The position numbers and the translations under genes are program-made. A stretch of 64,000 bases of DNA from assembly GCA_965203295.1 (NCBI GenBank), contig CBDBCZ010000010.1, positions 320,001-384,000 on the forward strand, read 5' to 3'. Positions 1 through 12,639 of this stretch are shown piece by piece. Below the pieces are notes generated by a model. It saw only the letters and a program-made list of their open reading frames with translations. It was not told the DNA's origin and searched no databases. Numbering within the stretch: position 1 is the first letter of the stretch; each line of letters starts with the position of its first letter. The DNA is from Nitrospirales bacterium (GTDB taxonomy: Bacteria; Nitrospirota; Nitrospiria; Nitrospirales; UBA8639).

Positions 1-3000
1 GATAGCGTGACAGTAACGATACCACTACATCCAAGCTAGGGGGTTGTGGTGTCTTTGTACTGAGAAAAGATAACACTGCAGATTTTTCAAACCCTGACAC
101 ATAAGACAAGAATGAATCAAGGAGGGTACCGTCTGAGCATTGAGATTCATCACTTGAAACGAGGTAAACAGCGACAGCAGGCACAAGACAAATAGGGAAA
201 TACCCTGTCAGAATAAAGCCATGAGAAAGTATCCTCCCAATGGTGTAAAATGACTCGCTTGACAAGGGGTCAATAACCGGTGATACACCATTCACTCCTT
301 CAAACAGCATGTCCCGAGCTTCATTCCAAAACAGGGAGAAAAGTTCACGAGATACTCCGTCGAGGTCAACTGCTTTCTCTCCCTTGAAGTTAACTTGAAC
401 GTGACTGTCATGCAGCTGGGAATTGCTTTTGTATGCCTGGATAACTTCGCTGTAGACAAGTACCCTAGACACAGCCATTGTCACGATGCCTTGAAGACTA
501 TCGCATGCAGATTGTCTGGCTTCATGTATAGCAGACAGCAGGGTGCTGGAGTGAGAATTAAAGATCATGCCACGTAAGTCTCAAAGGAATGGCTATTACA
601 AATACAGCCACATTTTCAAGGCACCCAAATTTCACAGTTTTCACAGCTGCGTTAGACTACAAAATGAAGCTAGCAAAATGTTTCATGCTATGCGGTATGG
701 CTATCAAGGATCCTTGGTGTGCCAAATGTTTAGCATGACCAAAACAGCAAAATTTACTCCTCAAAAATTGGTATACTAAGCACAAAATGGTGGTGGCAGT
801 GGGGTGGGGAGGTAAATAAAGGGAGTGGACAACAATGGCTCACTCTGTACTATTTTGCATACATGCATATAATTCCATTCTTTTCATGCTATAAGTGAAT
901 AATGCGTATCTGCCATTCAGTCTTCTGATGAAGGTACGTAGACATTATACCTTTCAGACAACTAAGGTAACCTATGATATAACCTAATATGATAACTAAT
1001 AGCTGCTTGCCGGCTAGCTACATACATAGATTTAGCTCATGCTATGCCATGAGCGCTCAGTACGTGTATTACTATACAGTATGATCAATGTCCTTTACCT
1101 CTGATTCTCACTGACATGTGTCACAGACACTATGGTTACATCGTCCTCTGCACTGTTCTCATTCTCGGGTTCTTCATTAGCGAAATTTGCACTTTCTGAA
1201 TCCTGTATGTAGTAACGATATAATCACCAAACCGTGACTCTAGCCCACCTCCATGATCCAACCACTAAGTGTCCACATCTTCGACTATCATTGGCAACAT
1301 GTTGCCCTTGTATGGAGTACACCAATGGGATTTATAATTGCATACCTCAGGTGAAGGATCCATGGTAATTAACACCCTTCCAGAGAGCCCAGCGCTCCTG
1401 ATGGTGGCAGTGGATGATGGGTGAAGCACACCAGTTTGTGTCCGAAGCACCACATTCACACCAGCTTCATTGGTGCTTCCAGCATAGTCAAAAATAGCCT
1501 GAGTTAAATCAAGAGGCTCTTATAGAGTGTACAGCAGTAGCATTGGTGCCTTTGATCTATACACACACAGGCTAAATTTAGACCTAACACCTAACTAATG
1601 TTGAAGTTGAATGGCTGCATGGAGCTAAAAATTGAGGGCAGGTCACTAATATGTGTGTGTGTGTGTGAGTGTGTGGATGTGGGGGGGGGGGCATAAATGA
1701 GTGATACTTAGACCCATGAATAATTAATGATGGAAACTTAAGTTCTTGGTTAGACACCAGGTGTTTAGTATAGACAGCAATGAGGGATCTAGACACCCAT
1801 GGGGGGGGGAGAACAGAGGATAAACGAAGCCCCATTGACTATAGTCTCGTGCCCAGCCCCACGTTAGAAAGTGGGTCTGGCTCCCCGTATATTCGAAGTT
1901 GGGTTAGCGTTACATCATATTACATCACCAAACGGATAGTGTCCACGTGGCCATTCGTGCAGATATCCGGATATTGCAACCGTTTAGTGATGTAATACTA
2001 TAAGTAACCAATCACATTGCCGGTCCAGATCTGGGACCGCTGACGTAATGCTGCCCCAACTTCGAATATACGGGGAGCCAGACCCACCTTCCTAACGTGG
2101 GGCTGGGCACGAGACTACATTGACTAGGGCTCCTGAGGTCAATTAACACAGTCCAAGGGTGAGGGATTTTCCCAAGGGTGGTCTACATTTAGGTCCTGAG
2201 TGCAGCTATGATCTAACCTACTTAGGCTACACAAGGTTACCGTGAATTGATTTTCAAGTGGGTATTAAAAGTGTTATGTACACAGGTATCTAACTGACAC
2301 CAACACCTTGTTTGTAGTACACCAGCATGCACTCAGGATCTAACAGACATAGACACCCTTGGAAAATTCTTCCCCACGGGTGTCTATGTCAGTCAGATCC
2401 CTCTTGTGTAATCTATCCTACACATAGAGTACCAACCTTCAAAAGGTTGCTGCTGAGGAATTGGCGTTGCATAGTGGATCCAGATGGAAGACGAAGCCTT
2501 ATGGTAACACACGAACTACCAGATTCAGCAGGTTCAGGTGGCACCTTCTCTCTCCGCACCTTGCGTAGCTAAAAAAGTTACAAACAAAAACTGTGATACA
2601 GAGTCATAATTCACTATGGAATTAACCATCATACAACAGTTCTTTTTCCCGTTAAAATGATTGATGTACTTTCATACAAACTTCCTAATCACAGTAATAC
2701 TTACATTCTCAAGATATTGCTGCCTTGTTTGAATAATTTCATCTTGATACTCTTGCTTCCTGCATCTTTCCTCCTGCATATGAAAGGAATAATCAAAAGA
2801 AGTTGCAAACTTCATTTAAGCGTTGCAACAATACCTCGTGCATTTGCGCATGTCTCTCCATGTCTGATAGCATGACCCTTCTCCCACACTCTGGGCACAA
2901 GTCAGTCCTCGCTCCACAGTATTGAACATGGTCATCATATTTGTCTTGGGGAAACTCCAGTTCACAGAAGGAGCACACCTACAGATATAGAGCATTCAAG

Positions 3001-4643
3001 TATAACGACAGAGAAATACTGTATGCAAGCGGAGGTGTGCCATGATGTACGTAAACACTAAATTAGCAGGCCATGATTGACAACATACCTGAAGTGCGCT
3101 GCATTGGCCTCGAGTATTTTGAACATTTACATCGGCTGCCTAATATGAAATAAAGATATGGTTTAGCATGCTATACGGAAACCCGGGAATGACTATGATG
3201 CTGTATAGTAAATAAATTACTGACACTCACAGGCCTTGTCTGGGAGATGGCAATGGCGGTGCCTGAACTATTACTGCTTACAACAGCTGTAGGCTAAGGG
3301 AGAGAAGGTGGGAACATAAAAACCTCAGTAATGATTTACTCAGGCATAGGAAATAAATATATTGAGCTAACCATGCTAACGGTAGCAGCAGGTGCAGCAG
3401 AAGCAACACACTGAGGCGTAGGGAGAGCATGTGGGGGGTAATATGGCATCTGCCAACAGTAGGGTGGTGACATTAATGGGTGTGGCATGAACGGCAAGTG
3501 TTGCTGATAGCTTGGCACAGCAGGCTGCTCAATAGTCCTGCAAAACAAAGTAGTATTAAATGTACATAGTCTTGTCCCCAATGTTGCTAGTGAATACCTG
3601 TTTGCTTGGACTTGCTCAGAAGTTGGAGTTGTTTGCTTTTCTGCTTCTTTTTCTTCTTCCTTAGGATAAAAAGCAACCATACGTTTACAGGCTGTGAAGG
3701 GATGTCAAGGCTCACAAGAACTTACTTCCAATTTGGACTCCAACTCCTCCACACAGATGGGCACAATAGGTCGTACGTAAAGCTTGCTCTCTTTCACTGC
3801 TCCCTTCAATGCCCTGGGCGTAGTTAGGCCACGAGAATCTGCATGCTCAACAAGGGGTACTAGCTGTTTCCGATCTGCTTTGCACAAGGTGTAGCACGGT
3901 CTGCCTGAAACGATACCTGGCACTTCAGTGGTCTCGAAGTCTTCATCATCCTTATCTGCTGGTATGCTAAGGCTCTCACGAAGTGCTGGGAAGTGCTCCA
4001 TCAGATACTTATGAAACCGCTGACCACTCCAATTCAGAGGAATTGGCTCCAAATCAGCAAGACGCCCAAGACCACAACATGTAAGACGATCGAGTCGAGC
4101 TACACTTGGGAGAACCCTGACAGTAGGCTTGTCGAGACAAATGATGTCACGCACTTTCCACAACTTTCTCTTTTGGACCTGAACTGCTGTACTGCCTTGT
4201 CTCTGTTGGGACGGTTGACCTATGGCTGACACTGATGGAAACCTGTGGCGAAGCTCGGCAACAAACGCAGAATCAATTCCTTGAGATTGCCTTCCTGCAG
4301 CCCTGGCATTGACTACTGATGTCAGCAGGCTTGAGGAACAATCAGTAGTGCTGCTGCTATTGCCAGCCAGAGGATTTGGAGTAGCCGGTTGATTAGATAG
4401 AGAGGAGTCAGCTTGGGGCACAGCAGTAGGGCCTGGCCACCAGGAGGGAGACGGCATCCCCCCACCAAAGGGGTAGGGGGGTGGCGGATAAGCTAAACTA
4501 CCGTAGGCAGACCCAGGGAAATAGCACGGTGGCACAACTTGCCGCGGTATGCTACCTGCCACGCTTGAAGCAACAAGCAGTCTTGAGAATGGGGCTCCAG
4601 GATGGATCCAAGGATACGGTAGCTGATGCGGTGGGTCAGCCAT
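1..4643 (-). CDS. Spliced gene running off the left edge: Pro-rich / ubiquitin-like-fold domain / TRAF-type Zn finger / UBX / HECT-like E3 ligase N-lobe
   Basis: ATG at 4643 (MADPP..). Exon ~2810-2978 gives CSFCELEF..HVQYCGARTDLCPECG (TRAFD1/XAF1-like). Exons ~2438-2569 (VPPEPAES..TIRLRLPSGSTMQRQF) and ~1346-1498 (AIFDY..TIRSAGLSGRVLI) give UBX. Exon <1-~590 gives VNFKGEKAVDLDGVSRELFSLFW..FEG..IGRILSHGF..YFP (HECT). GT/AG borders present; possible premature TGA at 581-583. Confidence 0.75.
1842..2117. mobile_element. Non-autonomous TIR element (AcademH-like MITE), intronic
   Basis: TAGTCTCGTGCCCAGCCCCACGTTAG..CTAACGTGGGGCTGGGCACGAGACTA TIRs; 9-bp TSD CATTGACTA at 1833-1841 and 2118-2126. Confidence 0.85.
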
Positions 4644-5001
4644 TGCGCTTCTGCACATGCAACTCACAAAACGCAAATCATCACCACTAACAATGCCACG
4701 CGGTAAACTAATGTGCATGCGCACATAATTTTAGCACGTAATGTGTAATGAGTTCGACAGAACGGTGAACTGACATAACTGTTACACTTTGGCTTGTTTA
4801 ATGTGTTGTTGCATCATGCGTTTTTAGATCATTCAGCCTTTAACCCATGCATTGCATCATGCGCCCTGCTGCACCTTAGTATACATTATCACACTTATGT
4901 CATCCCTTCTGTATACATGTACCCTAGCTGACCTGTAGCTTGGATCCAATTATCCACTTATGTTTTAATTGGGTTCCTAAGTGTATGTTGTGTTAAATAA
5001 T

Positions 5002-5323
5002 TGCAAGTGTGACACATTACGTGCTGTGTTGGCTATGCTAAAGTGTATACAACACATTCATTGTCATAGTAACACCACATAAATGTTATTTTGGCACAAT
5101 TTGTTTTTGCAAAAAAATACGAAGTTTTTACAAATTTGGTTGTAAATATGGAGATGCTTTGCTACTCTGACACATTAATGCAAGTGTGACACATTACATG
5201 CTGTGTTGGCTATGCTAAAGTGTATACAACACATTCATTGTCATAGTAACACTACATAAATGTTATTTTGGCACTTTGTTTTTGCCAAAAAATAAGTAGT
5301 TTTTACAAATTTAGTTGTTAAAT
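5002..5323. repeat. Tandem duplication, ~177-bp period, 2 copies
   Basis: TGCAAGTGTGACACATTAC..TTTTTACAAATTT at ~5002 and ~5179. Confidence 0.85.
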
Positions 5324-5547
5324 CGTACACACTGTGGTATTAACATACTAAAGTAAAAACAGCACATCATACATTGGTTCAACATATTAGTCTGCAGCAT
5401 TGACACAAACCAATGCAGAAACCACAAGTATCTGTGAGAGCAGCACAGTATTTGTTGTTTCAACATTGTGTAGCTATAACAATGTTTGTTAAGGCAGCAA
5501 AACATTTTTTGCAGTGCACGTAGCTTCACACCATCTGGATCCACCTC

Positions 5548-6155
5548 TAGCCTCTGACCAGGCTCATTGCGTGGGGGAAAGTTGAGCCTGGTACACACTG
5601 TTCGCACATGCGCAAGAATTTACGAAAAAGAGTCAGTAAACGTATCCGTGAATGACCTCAGCCATGTGGTAAGGAGTAGTACGGAGCAGCATACGCGTAT
5701 AGTAAGCGGAAGAGTTAGAAACTAGCTCATTTTGTCCTCCAACCTCAGAAAGCTTTAAAACCAGTTTATAAATAACAATAAGACCTGTACCTTTCTATCC
5801 ACTAGGATTATGGTATATGTCTTACCGCCAAAATTCGGAAGCGCCTCCATTTTTGTAGTGGCTCGATTTTCGATCACAGATCTGGTCTTCTAGGCCTTTC
5901 AGAAGAACGGGATCGAAGAATCGAACTAGCAATCACTTTCTAGGCATCTACAAGGCTTAAAAATGCTCCCAGGCGCATATAACTCGCCAACTACTCTAGT
6001 GCAACGGACGGTGATATGATGATAGACGGATAATATTACGCTGTAGTATCCGCTAGTTTCCAAGCCCCCAGAAATTCTGGGGGAACTGAGCATGCGCAAA
6101 CAGTGTGTACCAGGCTCAACTTTCCTCCCACGCAATGAGCCTGGGCACGAGGCTA
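5548..6155. mobile_element. Non-autonomous TIR element (AcademH-like MITE)
   Basis: TAGCCTC..GAGGCTA termini with ~65-bp imperfect TIR; 10-bp TSD GATCCACCTC at 5538-5547 and 6156-6165. Confidence 0.85.
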
Positions 6156-6849
6156 GATCCACCTCCTTCATTATTTTCAGCACTGTATCTCTGCAGAGTT
6201 TACATAATTGGATGATATTCATGAACATTCACTGCCAAGTCATAGCATCATATCTGAGATATACCTTCTAGCAACCATCCTATATTTGTTCCTCAGTAAT
6301 TTCCTAATACCACGATATCCTCGAAGTTGGTCTGATGATTTCAGTATTTCCTGCACACATGCATGGCATTTCAATACTGATTATACTGTACAGTTTGCAA
6401 TTACTGTTCTGGCATGTGTTCAACATAATTTTGCATTTATGTATGCATAGATGTAAATTTATACATGCACATAATCACTGACATCCTTGCTAACTAATAC
6501 AGAACTTCAATAATAGCATGTAAATTGTTGATTCCAATGGATGACTCTTTTGCATATTATATATACTGAATGCATCAGGGTGCATGTGCATGGAGGCTAC
6601 AAAGCTATATATAGCATGTATCAATAGAAATACTTGATTAGAAGATCTACATACACAGGGTACAGAGTATAAGGACCGAATACAACAGTATACTCATAAC
6701 CAGAACTTACTATCCAGATCTAAAGGAGTCAACTCTCGTTCGGCCACTTTATACCACACATGTGCATGCCATTCTGGAAAAAAAAATGAGTTTGCTTAGC
6801 TACCTTAACTTGGTAAACACTAACAGTAAACGCTCGAAGAGAAAACTCG

Positions 6850-7160
6850 CCAGCAAGTGAGCGGCCGAATGTTGCAGCTTTATACCCGAAACTAGCGGCT
6901 TTTAATCCCGCAACTTGCAGCTTCATACCTGCAACAGGGGGCTTTATTCCCGAAGCTGGCGGGAAAAAGGCCCGAAATTGGCGAGTTTACAACCGAAACA
7001 GGCGGCTTTATTCCCGAAGCTGGCAGCTTTAAGCTCGAAACTGGCAGCTTTATGCCCGAAACTGGCGGCTTTACAACCAAAACAGGCGGCTTTATGCACG
7101 AAACTGGCGAGTTTACAACCGAAACAGGCGGCTTTATGTCCGAAACGGGCAGCTCCTCAA
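6850..7160. repeat. Degenerate ~21-bp tandem array, probably subterminal repeats of a CACTA-like element
   Basis: Recurring TT(A/T)(T/C)NCCCGAAACTGGCGGCT units. Confidence 0.75.
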
Positions 7161-7349
7161 AACTCGCTGCGGAGTGCAGTTCTCGGCCTCCATAGAACTC
7201 AGTATAGTATGCGTATACACGCGTAAGGGAATTAATTAATGCGCGCGTGTCACTACGCCCACGACTGTAATATAGTGAAATGTGATTGTGACTAGCAAGC
7301 ATATTACGGACAAAAGCTGCTCCCATACAAAGTGATATACAAGAAAAGG

Positions 7350-7860
7350 CTATGTTATAGCAGGCATCACACAACACGGAAAATCAGCTACATAAAATTG
7401 TGAAGCAACTCTTACTAAAACACATTTGGAGATACTACACGTAACAGACTTCTCAAGAACTGGCTGCACCAAGCCAGATTCTTGAACTAAAAACAAGTGT
7501 GGGCAATGTCCAAACTGCTGAGCATTGAATATAGTCACTACGGCAAAAACACAGGGATGTGATGTGGTTGTCTGTACGTTATGACAAAGAACTTCCACGA
7601 AATATGTAATAAATCCGAACTTCAATGACTCAAACAGAATTGTGTAACTGTTTCTATTGACAGTTCTTGCATATTCTTTAGAATAGTAAGTTTCACCATT
7701 CTTTTCGAATCTCCAGAATTTCATTGCCTTATCAGCAACAGGTGTCACCCCATACACTTGCTCAATCACAATTCCAATTAAGACATCTAGATCAACGCTC
7801 TCTGAAGTGCCAATTCTCCATGATCCATCATGATATTTCTGTGGTCTCTTTCCATGCCTG
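7350..7860 (-). pseudogene. C-terminal fragment of an EnSpm/CACTA-like transposase
   Basis: YYSKEYARTVNRNSYTI..FGFITYFV..SKCVLV resembles C-termini of animal EnSpm-type proteins; adjoins a subterminal-type array. Confidence 0.5.
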
Positions 7861-8134
7861 AAAAAAAGTGAGCACTATGTGAGCCACACATCATACAGTG
7901 CAAGTGCCTGCAGCCTTGATAGAGAATCTCCAACAAAGATGCAGGCACTTGCACTGTTTGAAGTTGCCAAAGCAGTTGTTTTGTAAAACTTTGAGGGTGC
8001 AATGCCCACCTCCACACCCCTAGAAAGACATTAGTTTTACTATTCCAAAATGTCTCCCCCCTAGCAAAAAATTCTTTATGCAACCCTGAGTATATTGAGA
8101 ACACTATGCTGAGACATGGTCTAGTGACACTTAT

Positions 8135-8312
8135 GTACATTACCATGCCAACCATTTTTTCCCACGTTTATAGCACTCAAAGCAGGCCACATACAGAGAT
8201 CACTGCTGTACCAATGTACATTAAATCAGTTAAAGGGCAGTTTTGGTGAGGGGTAAAAATCCTCGGCTTCGCCTCAGACTTAAATTCCCCTCACCCAAAC
8301 TGACCTTTAACC
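8135..8312. repeat. Dispersed hairpin repeat (Crypton-like end); inverted copy at ~34660-34830
   Basis: Inverted arms around CTCGGCTTCGCCTC; reverse-complement match to 34660-34830. Confidence 0.7.
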
Positions 8313-8429
8313 ATTACTAATATATCCCATGCTTATGCACCCACTGCAATGCTGACAGTTGTTATTGCTAATCATTGTATGAGCTACATGCATGCATAAA
8401 ATGTGTAGACAGAGCATTGCATTTTGTGG

Positions 8430-10684
8430 AACATACCTAATTTCATCTCCAAACAGTTTAGTATTTAGAACTTGGCCTTGTAGTGACAAACTGGGTCATG
8501 TGAGGTAAGCTTTGCAATACGGTGAAACTGAATACCATCTGTAATTAAATACACATAATTACATTAATTATTTGTATTACGCTACACAATAGCCTTTTTG
8601 TGCATAATACAGTACAGCACTCACAATTACAAGATAACACACTAACTTGTTCAGACATGTCACAAGTTCCGTGTCGGGGTGACTTTTACTAAATTGCCGC
8701 TTCTGCACCATCATGATAGGGAGTGACTTCTGGTAGTACTTTGCAGTCTTGGCACGGGGATTCTTTGGCCAAACTGCAATCTTGTCCACTGGGCACTAGG
8801 CGCAGGCATGTCTGGAGGACATTTCTTCTTAACCTGTTCAATTAGGTCTCGTACCGAAAGAGCTTGGGCAAGGTAGGTCACTTGTTCATGTCAACGTTTG
8901 TAAACTTCTGTAATTTCTTGGAGATAAACTTTGCACTGCTCCCAAAATACCTTGTACTTGTCACTTCCAGAGCAATTGACCTCACGCAGGTCAATCACAA
9001 TGTCTGGATTCTCCATTTCCAAAAACTGAGCAACCCTCGCATCAATTTCTTCCTCTTCTGTGGTACGAGCTGCACTGGCATCACCTATCAGTGAGAAAAT
9101 TTCAAATATAGGCTTTGCAGTAAACCCAGTGACTATACATGTACACAGGTACAGTCCTCCCAGTTCATGCTTTAATGAGTACACAAATTAGTGTGGCTTC
9201 ACTGGCTGTTATAAAAACACAGCTGTCTCTACACATAGGGGCTTATGTACTGTAACATGTACATGTCAACACACACAATCCTTGCACACAACACCTGTAA
9301 GAGTCCTGTACATTTCCCTCAAGGCATAGCTGTTTGCACCAGGGATCAAGCGGCCACATTTGTTGATTAAATCCTGCCACATGGCTCGATTGTGGTATTT
9401 TACAACCTTGTGATTTTGTGTGAGAACTCCATCTGCATTCTCATGCTTGGGGATCTTCCATATGAAGTGGTAGTTCCCAATACTTCCCCCAATACTATGA
9501 GTATACAAAATCACTCGAAATGGGAGGCCTTGTTCCAATTTACAAAAATCTTTCTGTGCGATTCGACGGTGCAAAATAGTGAATAAAGACAGAAGTGTAG
9601 TAGTCCTGTCCACTAAGTTCATCGACCAGAGGTTTGAGATGAGAAGGACAGTTTTCTGTGACTGGCAAGGTCTGAAAGTGCATTGAGTCCCCAACACTTG
9701 CACTGCTGCCTCCTGCTAGTGCTTCTGTGTGCTTCTGGTGTTTGGTCGCTACATGTACAGCATACCCTTCCAAGGATGAGGCAAAGCTCAGTATATCTTC
9801 CTTCATCAACTTCCAGCTCTCCCTCTTCATCCAACTTGTCAGAAGAAACCCCGATGAGGCGTGACCTTTGAGACTCTGGTACTCCATATTTGAGGCCAGT
9901 CGCTTTCTGTGCTTCTACAGTTCAGGCCTGTTGTATTCAGAAAAATTTGCTAAATTCAATGGCAGGGTTGCTTCCCTTAGAGTATGAAAATGGCCATCGA
10001 CATACCACAAAGCATCTCTGAGAGCTCTCATAAATGGTTCCCCATGCCTACCACCCTCCCCTTTCCATGTCATACCGGTTTCACGAAGGTAGGCGATGAT
10101 AGCATTGAACATCTCATCTTTTTTTTGTTCGCATAGGCACCAAATCGGGAAGGGGATTTCGCACTGATGCTGCCAGCTCCGCACTGCTCTCTATCATTCT
10201 TGTGAAGGTGTTGGGGACTGACATTTCGTCGGTTGTAGCAACTTGCACATCTAAAACAACATTGTATCTAACAAAACGACCGAAAAGTCCTCAGACTTCA
10301 CCGACGAGTAGACTATAATCCACTATGGACAAGCTTTCCTTCGACACACCAACAAACACCCGCTCCAATGTCCCTGTGCTGAGCTCAGGAGTTGGGGCGA
10401 TCACCGACACTACACCACAAGCAATCGCGGCATACAGAGCACTAAACGATACCCCTGAATCAGCCTGGAATATTGCCCACAGCACCAAACAGCGGCCGCA
10501 GCACAGTATAGTGACTGAAATCAGCTCCACTACTCTCGTTTGAAGCACGAGCTAAGGGTAGACGCATCACGTGCACGTAATAAGCAGGAATAATGAAATT
10601 TTTTAGCAATAACGAAACGTTTGAGCGGGGTCCACCAAGACGTGTGGGTGGAAACGGGAACCCAGGAATTAACTTTCATTGGCC
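8430..10684 (-). mobile_element. Truncated, decayed DNA transposon, tentatively Zator-like
   Basis: Minus-strand terminus TTA|GGCCAATGAAAGTTAATTCC at 10684 (GG end, TWA flank). Frameshifted frames 10548->8650 (ALWYVDGH; DIVIDLRE..YKVFWEQC; WPKNPRAKTAKYY..VQKRQF). Other end and catalytic region not seen. Confidence 0.5.
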
Positions 10685-10699
10685 TAAACTATTTCAGTA

Positions 10700-12480
10700 T
10701 ATCTTACCTCTTTCTCTTTTTGCCATCTTCAAAATGCTGCTAATCTGGGGGTCCAAACTGAGCTCCAGAATCAATCACCAACTTTGCCGCTAAGCGCTGT
10801 TTTTGTCTCAATGCAGCTGAGCTTCGTCGTCCTTCCTCACTTAAGTCACGGTATGACGCAGAAACACCTACCTTGGCTGCAAGTTGTTTTGTACAGATGT
10901 ATTTGTGAGCTGTGTGCAAATTAATCATAGCTTGCTGAATTGAAACTGGTTGTGGGCCTTTGCTATCTTCTTGATTTTTCCTTTCAACTGGATTTGTATC
11001 AGAAGGGCATTTTCTGCATGTTTCAACGTCCATTTGTGTAAAGTCTTGATGAATCATTTGTAAGTGTTGCGGACAAGTCCACCACTCAACCCAATGAAAA
11101 GCACGGCTCCAGTCACAATCTTTGTTTACAAATTCTGCCTCTTTCGTTTTCAGGGATTTTATTACCCCAATCAGTACATTTGCTGACTTCTCACCACACA
11201 GGACTTCAAATGCTTTGGCAACTTCGCTGTCCAACAGCTAACTTCGGAATGGATGCTGCAATTTTTGAAAATATTGCCCTTTCAAGAGGTTTATTATTGG
11301 AGCTTAGTACGCGATCGCGTACAAGGTGCCACGATCTGTTCCAGTGCACCTGACATCCTTTGAGTACCTTGCTAGCAATATCATCTCCTACTGCACTCTT
11401 TAGACCAGCTATCTTAGTGTCACACCAATCAGTGACAGTTCCAGTTAGGGTAGAACCAACCTTCAATTCCTGATGATCCTTTTGACATATTTGAAATATT
11501 TTTTTGAAGGCTAGGGCATGAGCATGCTAGTCTTGTTTATCTATCCTTAAACGAGCAACAACCATCCATTCCAGAGTGTTGTCGCTAAAGGCTACAGCAT
11601 TAAATAGGTAAGTTGTTTCTTGAAGGTAATATCTGTTTCTATGAATTCAGCCTCGGATAGTATTCTTGATTGCAATGGGTTCATTGTGAAAACAAACTTG
11701 ATTCCTCCCTCAATTCCAGCTGATACAAGGTAGGGCCTACTATGTTCTTTAAGGCTTGTTTCTTCTTCTTTAGTTGCTCCACTTCTTTTTTGTTCTTCAG
11801 TATTAACACTATCAGCTACAGATTCAAAAGAAGTCACATCTCAATTTTGTTCCTGATGGGAAGACATTTTGGCACGCTTCATAACATTTGAAATCCATCC
11901 AAGATGAACACCTGCTTTATCGACACTTCCAAGCACATAGCCAAGTGCCTTTCCACTAGCAAAATCTGTCGGTTTTAGATTAGGATTCTATTTTGTAGCG
12001 GCAGTAATATCTTATACCGACTGTTTGAGGAGATGTGATGCAGAATGCAGTGGATGATTGTGCAAATTCTCTGTTGCTTCTTTCTGCTGGCTAACAAACC
12101 AAGAATCCAAAGCTTCTTATTTGGATGCACGTATGTAAACTGAATGGGGCACTTACTATCCTTGAAATTTGTTTTCTGCAGTTGCTCTTTGGGGTGTTTT
12201 TTGCTTATAGGTACAACATGACTACATCCAGAAACTGGGCACACTTTTACACCATTACAGGGAGCGGACCTGTAAGTTACAACTTCCGTGTTTCCTGCAA
12301 TTTCCATGGTTGTGGTATGAATATTCACTTTATCCTTTGATAGTTGTATATCTGACCACATAAAATGTGGATCTGTGTGACGAGGAGCTACGAATTTTGT
12401 ATAGTCAGGGGTGTAGAATACTGCTTGAAACTGCTTTGTAAAAACTCCAGGGAACTGATAGTCTTCCTTATTTCTCTGCC
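10700..12480 (-). pseudogene. MULE-type DDE transposase with N-terminal GCM-like Cys region, frameshifted
   Basis: YRSAPCNGVKVCPVSGC; FIETDITF (D1); VTDWCD..GL..A (D2); GCQVHW (CxxH); DTNPVERKN (E). Confidence 0.7.
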
Positions 12481-12639
12481 CTGTCGCTCTTTTTTTAAAA
12501 GAAACATGTACTACTGTTTGAAGCACTAGTACCGATTTGCTTTGAAATAACTTCAGCCTCTGATGGTGCATCAGGTAGCAAAAATGGTGTGTTGCTAGAT
12601 ACTGTCTCTCTCCCAAGGGCAGTCACTTGAAAGGTGCCG

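Noticed and set aside
6850..7377. ORFs 6892-7377 and 6915-7226, or a CRISPR-like array
   Set aside because: Translations of a degenerate 21-bp tandem repeat with no spacers
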